Shown piece by piece: positions 1 to 8,237 of a stretch of DNA of 64,000 bases. Each line of letters opens with the position of its first letter. Position 1 is the stretch's first letter. Under the pieces are notes generated by a model. That model was given only the letters and a program-made list of their open reading frames with translations. It had not been told where the DNA came from and made no database searches. The stretch is taken from IMG/VR virus record IMGVR_UViG_3300009671_000009, positions 96,001-160,000 of that record; one strand, 5' to 3'. A program made the translations under genes and the position numbers. This DNA is from a virus (lineage: Duplodnaviria; Caudoviricetes).

Positions 1-1
1 C

Positions 2-1771
2 ACCGATTGCAGCGATGCTGATCGCAAGGCAATCCTTGCTTCAATTCTCGGTTTGGATACCTGGGAGAGAGTCGCCAAGATAGCATCTGACAAGGTTAAA
101 ATGCTTAACCTAGATAAGGCTAAACACGAACGGGATGTAGAATACTATCAGCAATTAGCAGGAACTCATGACGATCTTATTAATGAAGTTGCATGGAACA
201 ATCGCGAACTAAGAAATCTCGAAGACCAACTGAAACAAGTAAGAGAAGCGCTTGAAGTTGCAAAAGCTGATCTCAACCGAAATGTAGACCTTGATAAAGA
301 GTATGTTGATCTTATCGATAGGCATAATGAGATACAAAATGAAAACGTATTCAAGTCTGAGACTTACAACAAAAAAGTCACGGAACAAATGTTAGCTATC
401 TCTGGCGTCTGCGACAAAATTAGAGAACAGGAAAACAAAATTTCTGAACTAAGTGAATTCATCAAGAGTAACGATCAGGCAGTGCTTGATTGTGCTGAAT
501 ATGAACATTCACTTCAGGTGATAGAAAATATAAAGCCTCAAGTTGATGAATATCACGAGGCCGAGAATCAAATTAAATTTCTTACTCAACAGCTAGAATA
601 CCTAAGTAAAGAACTTGAGGAAAAAACTAACAACGCAGAACTAATCAGAAGTGTACCTTGTGCAGAGGAAGCTAAACGTTCATGCCCTCTGATGCAGAAT
701 GCATGGGAGTGTTTCAACAAAATAGAGCCGCTTCTGAAGGAGCGTTCTGATACCAAGAAAAAGCATGAAGCATTAACAGAGAAACTTTCAGTTCTAAAGC
801 CTATGCTGGATGATTACGTAGAACATGAATCTAAAGTAAAGCAACTTAGCTATGCTGTTGATGCAATCGATAAAGGAAATGCTGCCTTAGACAACAAAAG
901 AAACGCATGTACTTTACTAACAGAGTACCAAAAACTTCTCGAGGAAAAATCACAAGCCCTTGACGAAGCAACAACAGAACGTGAAGAGTATAATGCACAG
1001 TATCAACTTAAGATTCAACGCATCAAGGATAGACTAGAAGAAATTCAGGCGATAATGACTCCGCAGACGACCCAAGAAGATCAAATAAGTCTACTCACTG
1101 AAGAACAACAAACCCTTGAGGTACAAATAGAAAACAAAAGATACACAGCTGGAGCTCTTCGAAATCAATTAACTGCTGCCGAGAACGCCAAAGAATCTCT
1201 AAGCATTTCATTCGGAGAATTAGTTTCTACTAATAATAAGATTGAACTGTATAAGATCATTGAAAAATCTGCGGGCAAAAAAAGAGGAGTTCCATCGCTT
1301 ATTGTCGAAAATGCAATTCCAGAGATTGAAGCGTTAGCCAATAACTTGTTGGCCCGTGTATCAAATGAGAGATTTTCTGTTAGGTTTGAAACTCAAATGG
1401 AATCAAAAACTACAAAGAATGTCCAAGACGTATTGAAGATAATCGTTATGGATGACGGAGAGGCAAGAGCCTTTCAAACCTATTCTGGGGCACAAAGATT
1501 TATCTTAGATTTTGCAATACGTGTTGCAATTAGTAAATTTTTAGCTCACAGATCTGGAACAGAAATAAAAATCCTCATAATCGATGAAGGATTATCGACT
1601 CTAGATGATATTAACTTCCCTAAAGTAATTGAAGTTATTAACGAAATAGCTCAAGATTTCGATAAAGTGCTAATAGTAACTCACATCAACAAGCTGAAAT
1701 CTCTTCTACCTCAGAAAATAATTTTCTCGTCCGTAGGAAAATGGACTAGAGTAACAGTTCAAGGAGAATAA
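2..1771 (+). CDS. sbcC: SbcC/Rad50-like SMC ATPase (5'-truncated by window edge)
   Basis: Frame is open from base 2. Long coiled coil with central PCx7CP, ABC signature YSGAQ, Walker B LIIDEG and H-loop VTH at the C-terminus. Confidence 0.88.
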   Translation, partial: TDCSDADRKAILASILGLDTWERVAKIASDKVKMLNLDKAKHERDVEYYQQLAGTHDDLINEVAWNNRELRNLEDQLKQVREALEVAKADLNRNVDLDKEYVDLIDRHNEIQNENVFKSETYNKKVTEQMLAISGVCDKIREQENKISELSEFIKSNDQAVLDCAEYEHSLQVIENIKPQVDEYHEAENQIKFLTQQLEYLSKELEEKTNNAELIRSVPCAEEAKRSCPLMQNAWECFNKIEPLLKERSDTKKKHEALTEKLSVLKPMLDDYVEHESKVKQLSYAVDAIDKGNAALDNKRNACTLLTEYQKLLEEKSQALDEATTEREEYNAQYQLKIQRIKDRLEEIQAIMTPQTTQEDQISLLTEEQQTLEVQIENKRYTAGALRNQLTAAENAKESLSISFGELVSTNNKIELYKIIEKSAGKKRGVPSLIVENAIPEIEALANNLLARVSNERFSVRFETQMESKTTKNVQDVLKIIVMDDGEARAFQTYSGAQRFILDFAIRVAISKFLAHRSGTEIKILIIDEGLSTLDDINFPKVIEVINEIAQDFDKVLIVTHINKLKSLLPQKIIFSSVGKWTRVTVQGE

Positions 1772-2137
1772 ATGAAAAAGATAATTATCGGCAAATGCCA
1801 ACTACAAAACACAGATGCTCAAGCGGTAGAAGTTCCAAAGGGATCTAAAATACTTTCAGTTGTTGGAGAAGTTGAACAGATCGGCGGCGGACTTGAATTG
1901 GTTAACGGTCAAAAAGCTGCCCGCATGAGCTTGGTGGCATTCATTGCCTTTGATCCAGACGAAGAAGAAATGGAAACTCTTGTTATCTACACGCTAGGAT
2001 TAGGCGTAGGTCTTGAACTCCCAGACACAGCAGAGTATGCTTGTAACTGCTCCATCATGGGAGGGAAGCTTGTATTCCACTTCTTCACAGATAAACTAAG
2101 AGAGGAAGATCTATTAGATGAAAGTTCAGTATCCTGA
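1772..2137 (+). CDS. hypothetical phage protein
   Basis: 121-aa ORF with GGAG RBS, abutting the sbcC stop. Confidence 0.7.
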   Translation: MKKIIIGKCQLQNTDAQAVEVPKGSKILSVVGEVEQIGGGLELVNGQKAARMSLVAFIAFDPDEEEMETLVIYTLGLGVGLELPDTAEYACNCSIMGGKLVFHFFTDKLREEDLLDESSVS

Positions 2138-2563
2138 TTACCACGGGGTACAAAGAACCTTCGAAACTAATGCTCCGATTCTGTTGGTAGATTTTCGACG
2201 GGACATGTACAGACGGAAATCACTTTGATGACTTTTCGCTGTACACTCCCGAAGCACTAAACTGTAAAGAGGTACCTCAACGATTAGAATTATCAATGTG
2301 TACCTTAATACTTTGGACTTGCCGTACTAGCCCACTTCTACAACAAGCTATCAAGTGGCTTGGTCATCGTAAGATTCCGTTTCATTTTGTCAATAAAGAG
2401 GTGCCATGGTCTGAATACCCCAACGAATTTAGAGGGCTATTATATTGACGACCGCAACATAGGCGAATTCCCAGGCTGGCTAGAAGTAGAGCGCCTAGTT
2501 TACTTGCACCCGTATTTTGAAAGCATCACGAGGAGGAACGTGCTTGAAAGTAGAGCTAATTAG
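2118..2563 (+). pseudogene. frameshifted HAD-superfamily (DxDGT) phosphatase-like gene
   Basis: ATG at 2118 reads MKVQ...ILLVDF. A +1 shift at the TTTT run (2192-2195) restores FDGTCT...LILWTCR...FHFVN. A second shift near 2430 gives YYIDDRNIGEFPGW. The three frames together form the HAD motifs. Confidence 0.7.
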
Positions 2564-3233
2564 ATACACAGTTAAACCAGAAGAAGCGATGGCAATAGCG
2601 GCGAGTACATGCTATCGCTCAGTTCCAAAAGATAAGGTAGTAGAACATTGTATTCTTTCTGGACATGAAGCTATTTCTGAGTTTGGGGATTTTCATTTCT
2701 TGGTTAGCGGCGTTAGCCGCGCATTGACGCATCAGCTAGTGCGACATAGGTTGGCTTCATTTGCTCAGGAATCCCAAAGATATGTAAGCATGGATGAATT
2801 TAATTATGTTGTACCACCATCTGTTCAGAAAGATAATGAGTCGTATGTTAAATTCAAAATGATGATGGACGAAATTCTTAGTTGTTATACAGACTTGCAG
2901 AACAGAGGAATTCCAAATGAAGACGCAAGATTTGTACTTCCGAATGCATGCACTTCGAAAATCAATGTCAAAATGAATTTTAGAGAGATCATGCATGCCT
3001 GTGCAGAACGCGAATGTAGTAGAGCCCAATGGGAAATCCGAGCTCTATTCAAAGAGATTCACAGGCAGGTAGCAGAAGTATCTCCATTCCTTGGAAAGTA
3101 CTTAGGGCCAAAATGTTTTCGCCTTGGATATTGTCCAGAATTACGTGAGTCTTGTGGCCTGAGACCGAGGAAGACAGACCTCTTCGGTGCTTACGAATGG
3201 TGGGTACGACAAGATAAACCTTCACTTAACTAA
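2544..3233 (+). CDS. thyX: FAD-dependent thymidylate synthase ThyX
   Basis: ThyX motif RHRLASFAQESQRY, plus EDARFVLPNA and AQWEIR. TTG start at 2544 after AGGAGG. Confidence 0.95.
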   Translation: MKVELIRYTVKPEEAMAIAASTCYRSVPKDKVVEHCILSGHEAISEFGDFHFLVSGVSRALTHQLVRHRLASFAQESQRYVSMDEFNYVVPPSVQKDNESYVKFKMMMDEILSCYTDLQNRGIPNEDARFVLPNACTSKINVKMNFREIMHACAERECSRAQWEIRALFKEIHRQVAEVSPFLGKYLGPKCFRLGYCPELRESCGLRPRKTDLFGAYEWWVRQDKPSLN

Positions 3234-3255
3234 TAAACGAAAAGGAGGAATTAAA

Positions 3256-4023
3256 ATGAAATCTATCGAATCACTATACACTAACGTTCCATGGTCTAAA
3301 GGGAAAGTAATTCTCATGGCCTATGCAGGATCGATAGCTTATGGAACTAACACACCAACATCTGACATTGATCTGAGAGGTATTTTAATTCCTCCACAAG
3401 ATTTTTATTACGGATTGGACAGTTTCGAAAGCTATCATTCACCTGAAGGGGATCGAACAGAAGACGACGTTGTTGTATATTCGATAAAGAAGTATGCAAA
3501 TCTCGCGCTTCAAAACAATCCTAATGTTCTTGAAATGTTATTCACTAATCCGAAACATTACACAATTTTAAATCGTTTCGGCAGAGAGCTATGCCGTGCC
3601 AGATATAATTTTTTATCAAAGAAAACTTTCAATACATTTAGTGGTTACGCCTTGGCTCAGCTCCATCGAATGACACAAAACGAAGGAAAGCCTACCCATG
3701 GGCAAGGCAACCCTGAACGTCAAAAGATCCGTGAACAATTTGGCTACGATACCAAAGCGGCAATGCATTTGGTTCGACTCATGCGCATGGGCCTTGAGAT
3801 TCTCAGAGATGGAAATCTAATAGTTCATCGGCCTGACGCAGAAGAGTTACTAGACATCAAGAGAGGGAAATATACTCTTCAAGAAATAGTAGAAGAACAC
3901 GATAGACTCTATGAGCAAATGAAGTATTGGAAAGAAGCTTCCGACCTACCTGAAAAGCCAAATAGAGACAAAGTCAATTCGTTCATAATTGAATTAACCA
4001 AGGAGTTCCTAGGAGGTAAGTAA
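3256..4023 (+). CDS. Pol-beta-superfamily nucleotidyltransferase (RlaP/YcgL-like phage family)
   Basis: GSIAYGTNTPTSDIDLRG (GS...DxD), NNPNVLEMLF, GYDTKAAMHLVRL and SDLPEKP. ATG at 3256 after AGGAGG. Confidence 0.88.
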   Translation: MKSIESLYTNVPWSKGKVILMAYAGSIAYGTNTPTSDIDLRGILIPPQDFYYGLDSFESYHSPEGDRTEDDVVVYSIKKYANLALQNNPNVLEMLFTNPKHYTILNRFGRELCRARYNFLSKKTFNTFSGYALAQLHRMTQNEGKPTHGQGNPERQKIREQFGYDTKAAMHLVRLMRMGLEILRDGNLIVHRPDAEELLDIKRGKYTLQEIVEEHDRLYEQMKYWKEASDLPEKPNRDKVNSFIIELTKEFLGGK

Positions 4024-4478
4024 TGGGCAAGTGTCAGTATCATCCATGTCATGATCTGGAAAACATAGACTGTCGCCTGTGTTACTGTCCCTTTTATGAC
4101 TATTGCCAGAAGCTACCTACGCATGAGAGACGCCCACGCGGGGTAGCTGGCTACTGGCTAGACCGATCAAGCTTAGGACTTGAACCTGTCTGGGCTTGTG
4201 AGTTATGCGAAATACCACATATAAGAGATGTAGCTGAATACTATGAAAAGAATAAATCCAGCTACAGCATGGAAGATCTTTTCAATGACTGTATGGACAT
4301 TTACAGTGAAGCCATGTATAGAATTCGTAATGTTGTATTTAGGATAGTAATCAAAACAAAGGGCGGCTGGATGTTCTTAAGGCCGCGGCATAGATCTCAC
4401 GGGTCTGCTACTGCACACCTTAAAGAGATCAGCGCAATACATCCAGAGGCATATATCGAAGAAGTTCCTTATGATTAA
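4023..4478 (+). CDS. cysteine-rich small-domain (zinc-finger-like) protein
   Basis: CQYHPCH...CRLCYCPFY...CELCEIPH pattern. TAATG-coupled to the upstream gene. Confidence 0.7.
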   Translation: MGKCQYHPCHDLENIDCRLCYCPFYDYCQKLPTHERRPRGVAGYWLDRSSLGLEPVWACELCEIPHIRDVAEYYEKNKSSYSMEDLFNDCMDIYSEAMYRIRNVVFRIVIKTKGGWMFLRPRHRSHGSATAHLKEISAIHPEAYIEEVPYD

Positions 4479-4522
4479 TCTGTCTTTATATTTTATATAA
4501 TTCTCCGAAAGGGTGATTTACT

Positions 4523-5623
4523 TTGATTAAGACCGCCAAAGGCGACCGTGTTTTCATTGACATAGAAAATCATTTCATTGAGCGTTTCAATCCGCTCACA
4601 GGATTTTATGTCCGTAGTGGAGTTATCGCAAATAAACAGGACACGGGCGTTGATCCGTTTATGAGATGTGCTCCTGGATTATTAGATATAGGGATAATGG
4701 GTCATTGTACTCATGCCCATTTATGTACAGTCGGATGTTATCAGGGTGGAACAGGTAACTGCAAACCCAACATGACACTAGATAACTACAGAAAGATCAT
4801 TGATCAATCTAAAGAATTCTTGTTCCAAGTAGCTCTGGGTGGTCACGGAGACCCGAACAAGCATGAGAACTTTGGGGAGATCCTTGAATATACTCGTAGC
4901 AACGAAATCGTCCCTAACTACACTACAAGTGGATTTAACTTAACAGACGAAGAAGTTGCACTAACTAAACGTTTTTGCGGAGCTACAGCAGTTTCATGGT
5001 ATCGTCGAGATTACACGTTAGATGCCATTCGTCGATTCCTCGAAGCAGGATGCAAGACGAATATCCACTATGTTCTGGGAAATGACAGTATCGATGAAGC
5101 CATTGAAAGATTAGAGCAAGGTACTTTCCCTGAAGGAATCAATGCTGTCATTTTCCTTTTACATAAGCCTGTAGGCTGTGGAAGACAAGAAAGTGTTCTA
5201 CAACCTGGCGACCCAAAAGTTAAAAAGTTTTTTGAAATCGTAGATACATGCAATTTCAAACACAAGATAGGCTTTGACTCTTGTACTGTCCCAGGATTAA
5301 TTAACAACACCGAACGAATAAATCAGGATAGTTTCGATACCTGCGAGGGCGGCAGACATTCTGCTTACATTACTCCAGACATGATGATGCTTCCGTGTTC
5401 GTTCGACAATCAGAGTTATGCCTGGGCTGTCAGCTTAGATAGTTACACAGTGCAAGAAGCATGGAAAAGCTCAGAGTTCGACAACTTTCGTAGTCATTTC
5501 CGCAATGCATGTTCTGGCTGCAAAGACAGACAGCTATGTATGTCAGGCTGTCCAATCGTTCCCCAAATAGTATTATGTAATAGAGAAGAGCGAACTGAAA
5601 GATGCGCAAAGTTTGTGGTATAG
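4523..5623 (+). CDS. radical SAM enzyme with C-terminal SPASM domain
   Basis: C62-x5-C68-x3-C72-Y cluster motif, GGHGDP (GGE-like) and NYTTSG. SPASM: CEGG...LPCSF and CSGCx5Cx3CP. Confidence 0.9.
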   Translation: MIKTAKGDRVFIDIENHFIERFNPLTGFYVRSGVIANKQDTGVDPFMRCAPGLLDIGIMGHCTHAHLCTVGCYQGGTGNCKPNMTLDNYRKIIDQSKEFLFQVALGGHGDPNKHENFGEILEYTRSNEIVPNYTTSGFNLTDEEVALTKRFCGATAVSWYRRDYTLDAIRRFLEAGCKTNIHYVLGNDSIDEAIERLEQGTFPEGINAVIFLLHKPVGCGRQESVLQPGDPKVKKFFEIVDTCNFKHKIGFDSCTVPGLINNTERINQDSFDTCEGGRHSAYITPDMMMLPCSFDNQSYAWAVSLDSYTVQEAWKSSEFDNFRSHFRNACSGCKDRQLCMSGCPIVPQIVLCNREERTERCAKFVV

Positions 5624-5634
5624 GATACAAAATT

Positions 5635-5698
5635 ATAGAGTCTAAGGCACACAATCTTAGACTCTATGCCGTATGGTACAAACAGATGCCCATCTGTT
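5635..5698 (+). other. two intergenic stem-loops between the radical SAM gene and the motif array
   Basis: Perfect 12-bp stem ATAGAGTCTAAG/CTTAGACTCTAT (5635-5667) and AACAGATG/CATCTGTT (5681-5698). Confidence 0.6.
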
Positions 5699-5744
5699 AG
5701 TGGATGGAAATTCAAATATTGCAATCGAGAGGAGAGGATCGCAT

Positions 5745-5993
5745 ATGAAAGTACGCTCTGATTTCGTAACAAACTCATCTAGCTCTAGCTTTGTGATAGC
5801 CAAATATCTGTTGAGTGAATATCAACTTGATCAATTAGTTGAATATTCTTGCTCTGACAAGAACACTGATGGCTGGAGAATTACACAAGACGACAATTAC
5901 GTCGATGGATTCACTATGATGGATAACGATGCCATTAATGAATTCTTTGATAAAATTGGCATTAAGCCAGAACACGTGAGGTGGGGCGAATGA
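5745..5993 (+). CDS. DFVTNSSSSS-motif protein 1 (82 aa)
   Basis: ATG at 5745 after GAGGAGAGG. Starts MKVRSDFVTNSSSSSFVI. Confidence 0.85.
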   Translation: MKVRSDFVTNSSSSSFVIAKYLLSEYQLDQLVEYSCSDKNTDGWRITQDDNYVDGFTMMDNDAINEFFDKIGIKPEHVRWGE

Positions 5994-6379
5994 AAATACG
6001 ATGTGATTTTGTGACAAACTCTAGCAGTTCTAGCTTTATTATAGCAGTTGATCCTGCAAAGTTTGGAACTACCAAAGATGAATTCGTCAGATGCGTTACT
6101 TTATATGCATCAGTATTTGGGATTAAGCCAGTTATTATAGCCGATAAGGAAAAAGTAGACAATCTCTTTTTACAAGACTGGGGTTGTAAAGATCAGTCAC
6201 TTGAAGAAGTCATTGAAGAAAACGGTCTTGCTGACAGATACAACAATTTTGTTGATGCTATCAATAAAGACATGGTTCTGATAGAACAAGAGATCGAACA
6301 AGGAGATTGCGACAGACCATGGATTCTAGAGAAGGCAGAAAAAGAAGGTCTTCTTAAAGTTCTTGATGGAGAATACTAA
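5990..6379 (+). CDS. DFVTNSSSSS-motif protein 2 (129 aa)
   Basis: ATGA overlap with the previous gene. Starts MKIRCDFVTNSSSSSFII. Confidence 0.85.
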   Translation: MKIRCDFVTNSSSSSFIIAVDPAKFGTTKDEFVRCVTLYASVFGIKPVIIADKEKVDNLFLQDWGCKDQSLEEVIEENGLADRYNNFVDAINKDMVLIEQEIEQGDCDRPWILEKAEKEGLLKVLDGEY

Positions 6380-6711
6380 TGAAAACGAGACTCGATTTTG
6401 TTACTAATTCTAGTAGCTCTAGTTTTATTGTAGCGACTAAGCTCAAAGTACCTTCTGATGAGTCAAAGAAACTCATTAAAGAGGTAGCCTATGCAATGGG
6501 AGCACACGAAATAGCACTGGAACTGGCCGACCTAGAAGAATTTTTTGAAGAAATTTGTGGTTCAAAAGATCGCTGGGGGCTGTACGAAAAGAGAGCTTAT
6601 GAAGAAGCTATAGCGTTAATTTCCCAGGGGAATATCATTTATACCACAAGCATTTCAAGTGACGATCCGACGTATACTCTTCGTGGTCAGGTGCTATACT
6701 GTTATTGTTAA
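6379..6711 (+). CDS. DFVTNSSSSS-motif protein 3 (110 aa)
   Basis: TAATG overlap. Starts MKTRLDFVTNSSSSSFIV. Confidence 0.85.
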   Translation: MKTRLDFVTNSSSSSFIVATKLKVPSDESKKLIKEVAYAMGAHEIALELADLEEFFEEICGSKDRWGLYEKRAYEEAIALISQGNIIYTTSISSDDPTYTLRGQVLYCYC

Positions 6712-6720
6712 GGAGGAAAA

Positions 6721-7053
6721 ATGAAAGTAAGGATTGATTTTGTAACGAATTCTAGCAGCTCTAGTTTTATTATTCTAGGAATGTATGCTAGCGACTGGAA
6801 AGAATTAGGGTTGCCTCTTGAGGAAGAGTCAGATTATGACAGTCCACAAGTAAGCGATGAATTCTTCGAGACAGTTTATGACGGAGATAGTGATACTTAC
6901 TCTATCTCGATCAGTAATCTGGTTAGACAAATGCACAGTCACAGTATTAATGATCTCAAACAAATGTATGTAGATAAAGTTAAAGAACTATACGGTAAGG
7001 AAATTTCTACCAAAGATGTAAGCTTTGACTTTGGAGGATGGTACAATGGCTAA
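6721..7053 (+). CDS. DFVTNSSSSS-motif protein 4 (110 aa)
   Basis: AGGAGG RBS. Starts MKVRIDFVTNSSSSSFII. Confidence 0.85.
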   Translation: MKVRIDFVTNSSSSSFIILGMYASDWKELGLPLEEESDYDSPQVSDEFFETVYDGDSDTYSISISNLVRQMHSHSINDLKQMYVDKVKELYGKEISTKDVSFDFGGWYNG

Positions 7054-7387
7054 GATTAGAACGGACTTTGTCACTAATAGCTCAAGTTCTAGTTTTGTAA
7101 TTGCACTTCGCGAAGATGTAACTGTAGATGACATCAGGGAACTTTTCAACATAGAAGATATCAAAAAGTTCCTTGAGGATTATTACGATGAAGAAAATTA
7201 TACACCAGAAGAAGTTTTAGATGATATTGTGTCTATGCTTATGAGAGATGCCAAACATGGTATTCATCTGGGAAATTGGAAAGTATCTGCCTCAGAATTT
7301 TCCAATGAAGGGGAACCTCATATATCGTATTTCTATGAGAGTGGATATATCGATACTGATAAAATTAAGGTGCGTGGTTTCTATTGA
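7046..7387 (+). CDS. DFVTNSSSSS-motif protein 5 (113 aa)
   Basis: ATG at 7046 after GGAGG. Starts MAKIRTDFVTNSSSSSFVI. Confidence 0.85.
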   Translation: MAKIRTDFVTNSSSSSFVIALREDVTVDDIRELFNIEDIKKFLEDYYDEENYTPEEVLDDIVSMLMRDAKHGIHLGNWKVSASEFSNEGEPHISYFYESGYIDTDKIKVRGFY

Positions 7388-7947
7388 AATACCGTTTAGA
7401 TTTCGTAACAAATTCAAGTTCATCAAGTTATACTTGCGACATCTGTGGACATACCGATTCTGGATGGGACATTAGTGTTTCGGAGTGCAGCATGTTTGAA
7501 TGCGAAGAAGGGCATATACTATGTACCAGACATGCGAAACCCGTTGAGACAGAAAGCCTTCGTGCCTTTCTTACAGAGGAAATAACGAACTCAAAATCCC
7601 AAAGTGAAGCCAGACTAATCTCACCACCAGAAGAAAAACCTTCTTGGTTCAGCGAAAAGAATGAAAGAAGAGATCTAGCTGAGTATATAAAATTGCTAGA
7701 AGAGCTTCCAGCTATGGACAAAAATGACATGATGGAAATAGCACGAGATTGCTATAGCTGGGATTGTGAACGTCCAAGTGCATTTTGTCCACTGTGCCAG
7801 TTAGAGGCTATCTCGTCCGACGATGTGCTTCTATATCTCGCAAAGAAGCACAATGTTTCCAAGGCATCTGTTTTGGCAGAAGTCAAAGAGATGTTCGGCT
7901 CTTACGCTGATTTCAAGAGGTATTTGAGAAATGAAGACAAGAAGTGA
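7384..7947 (+). CDS. DFVTNSSSSS-motif protein 6 with Cys/His metal-binding motifs (187 aa)
   Basis: TTG start overlapping the previous TGA. Starts MKYRLDFVTNSSSSSYTCDIC and has CEEGHILCTRH and CPLC. Confidence 0.85.
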   Translation: MKYRLDFVTNSSSSSYTCDICGHTDSGWDISVSECSMFECEEGHILCTRHAKPVETESLRAFLTEEITNSKSQSEARLISPPEEKPSWFSEKNERRDLAEYIKLLEELPAMDKNDMMEIARDCYSWDCERPSAFCPLCQLEAISSDDVLLYLAKKHNVSKASVLAEVKEMFGSYADFKRYLRNEDKK

Positions 7948-8236
7948 CTTCGTCACCAATTCTAGCTCGTCAAGTTTCATTATTGCCACCAAAGGAAATC
8001 TAACAGAGGCAGAATTTATGGATCGCTTCGGCGTCCCTAAGGAAGAATACGGGTGTACACAAGAAGAAATTGAACAATATTGGGGCAAAATTCTTGATCT
8101 TTTAGATAAAGGATTTATTGTCTCTGAGGGAGACGCTTGGAGTGATGGCGGCGAAATCGAGGCAATGATCTGCAATGCGCCACATCGTATAATCGAAAAA
8201 GACGATTTATATATCGAATTCGGTGGCGGATATTAA
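7931..8236 (+). CDS. DFVTNSSSSS-motif protein 7 (101 aa)
   Basis: Starts MKTRSDFVTNSSSSSFII. Overlaps the previous gene. Confidence 0.85.
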   Translation: MKTRSDFVTNSSSSSFIIATKGNLTEAEFMDRFGVPKEEYGCTQEEIEQYWGKILDLLDKGFIVSEGDAWSDGGEIEAMICNAPHRIIEKDDLYIEFGGGY

Positions 8237-8237
8237 T

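Noticed and set aside
5745-8236. Motif array as a CRISPR array or DNA tandem repeat
   Set aside because: Units are in-frame gene starts with synonymous divergence and 245-550 bp spacing. There is no identical DNA repeat.
5745-8236. Motif as a secretion signal or lipoprotein/pilin leader
   Set aside because: There is no hydrophobic h-region, lipobox or G|F prepilin site, and the segment is polar.
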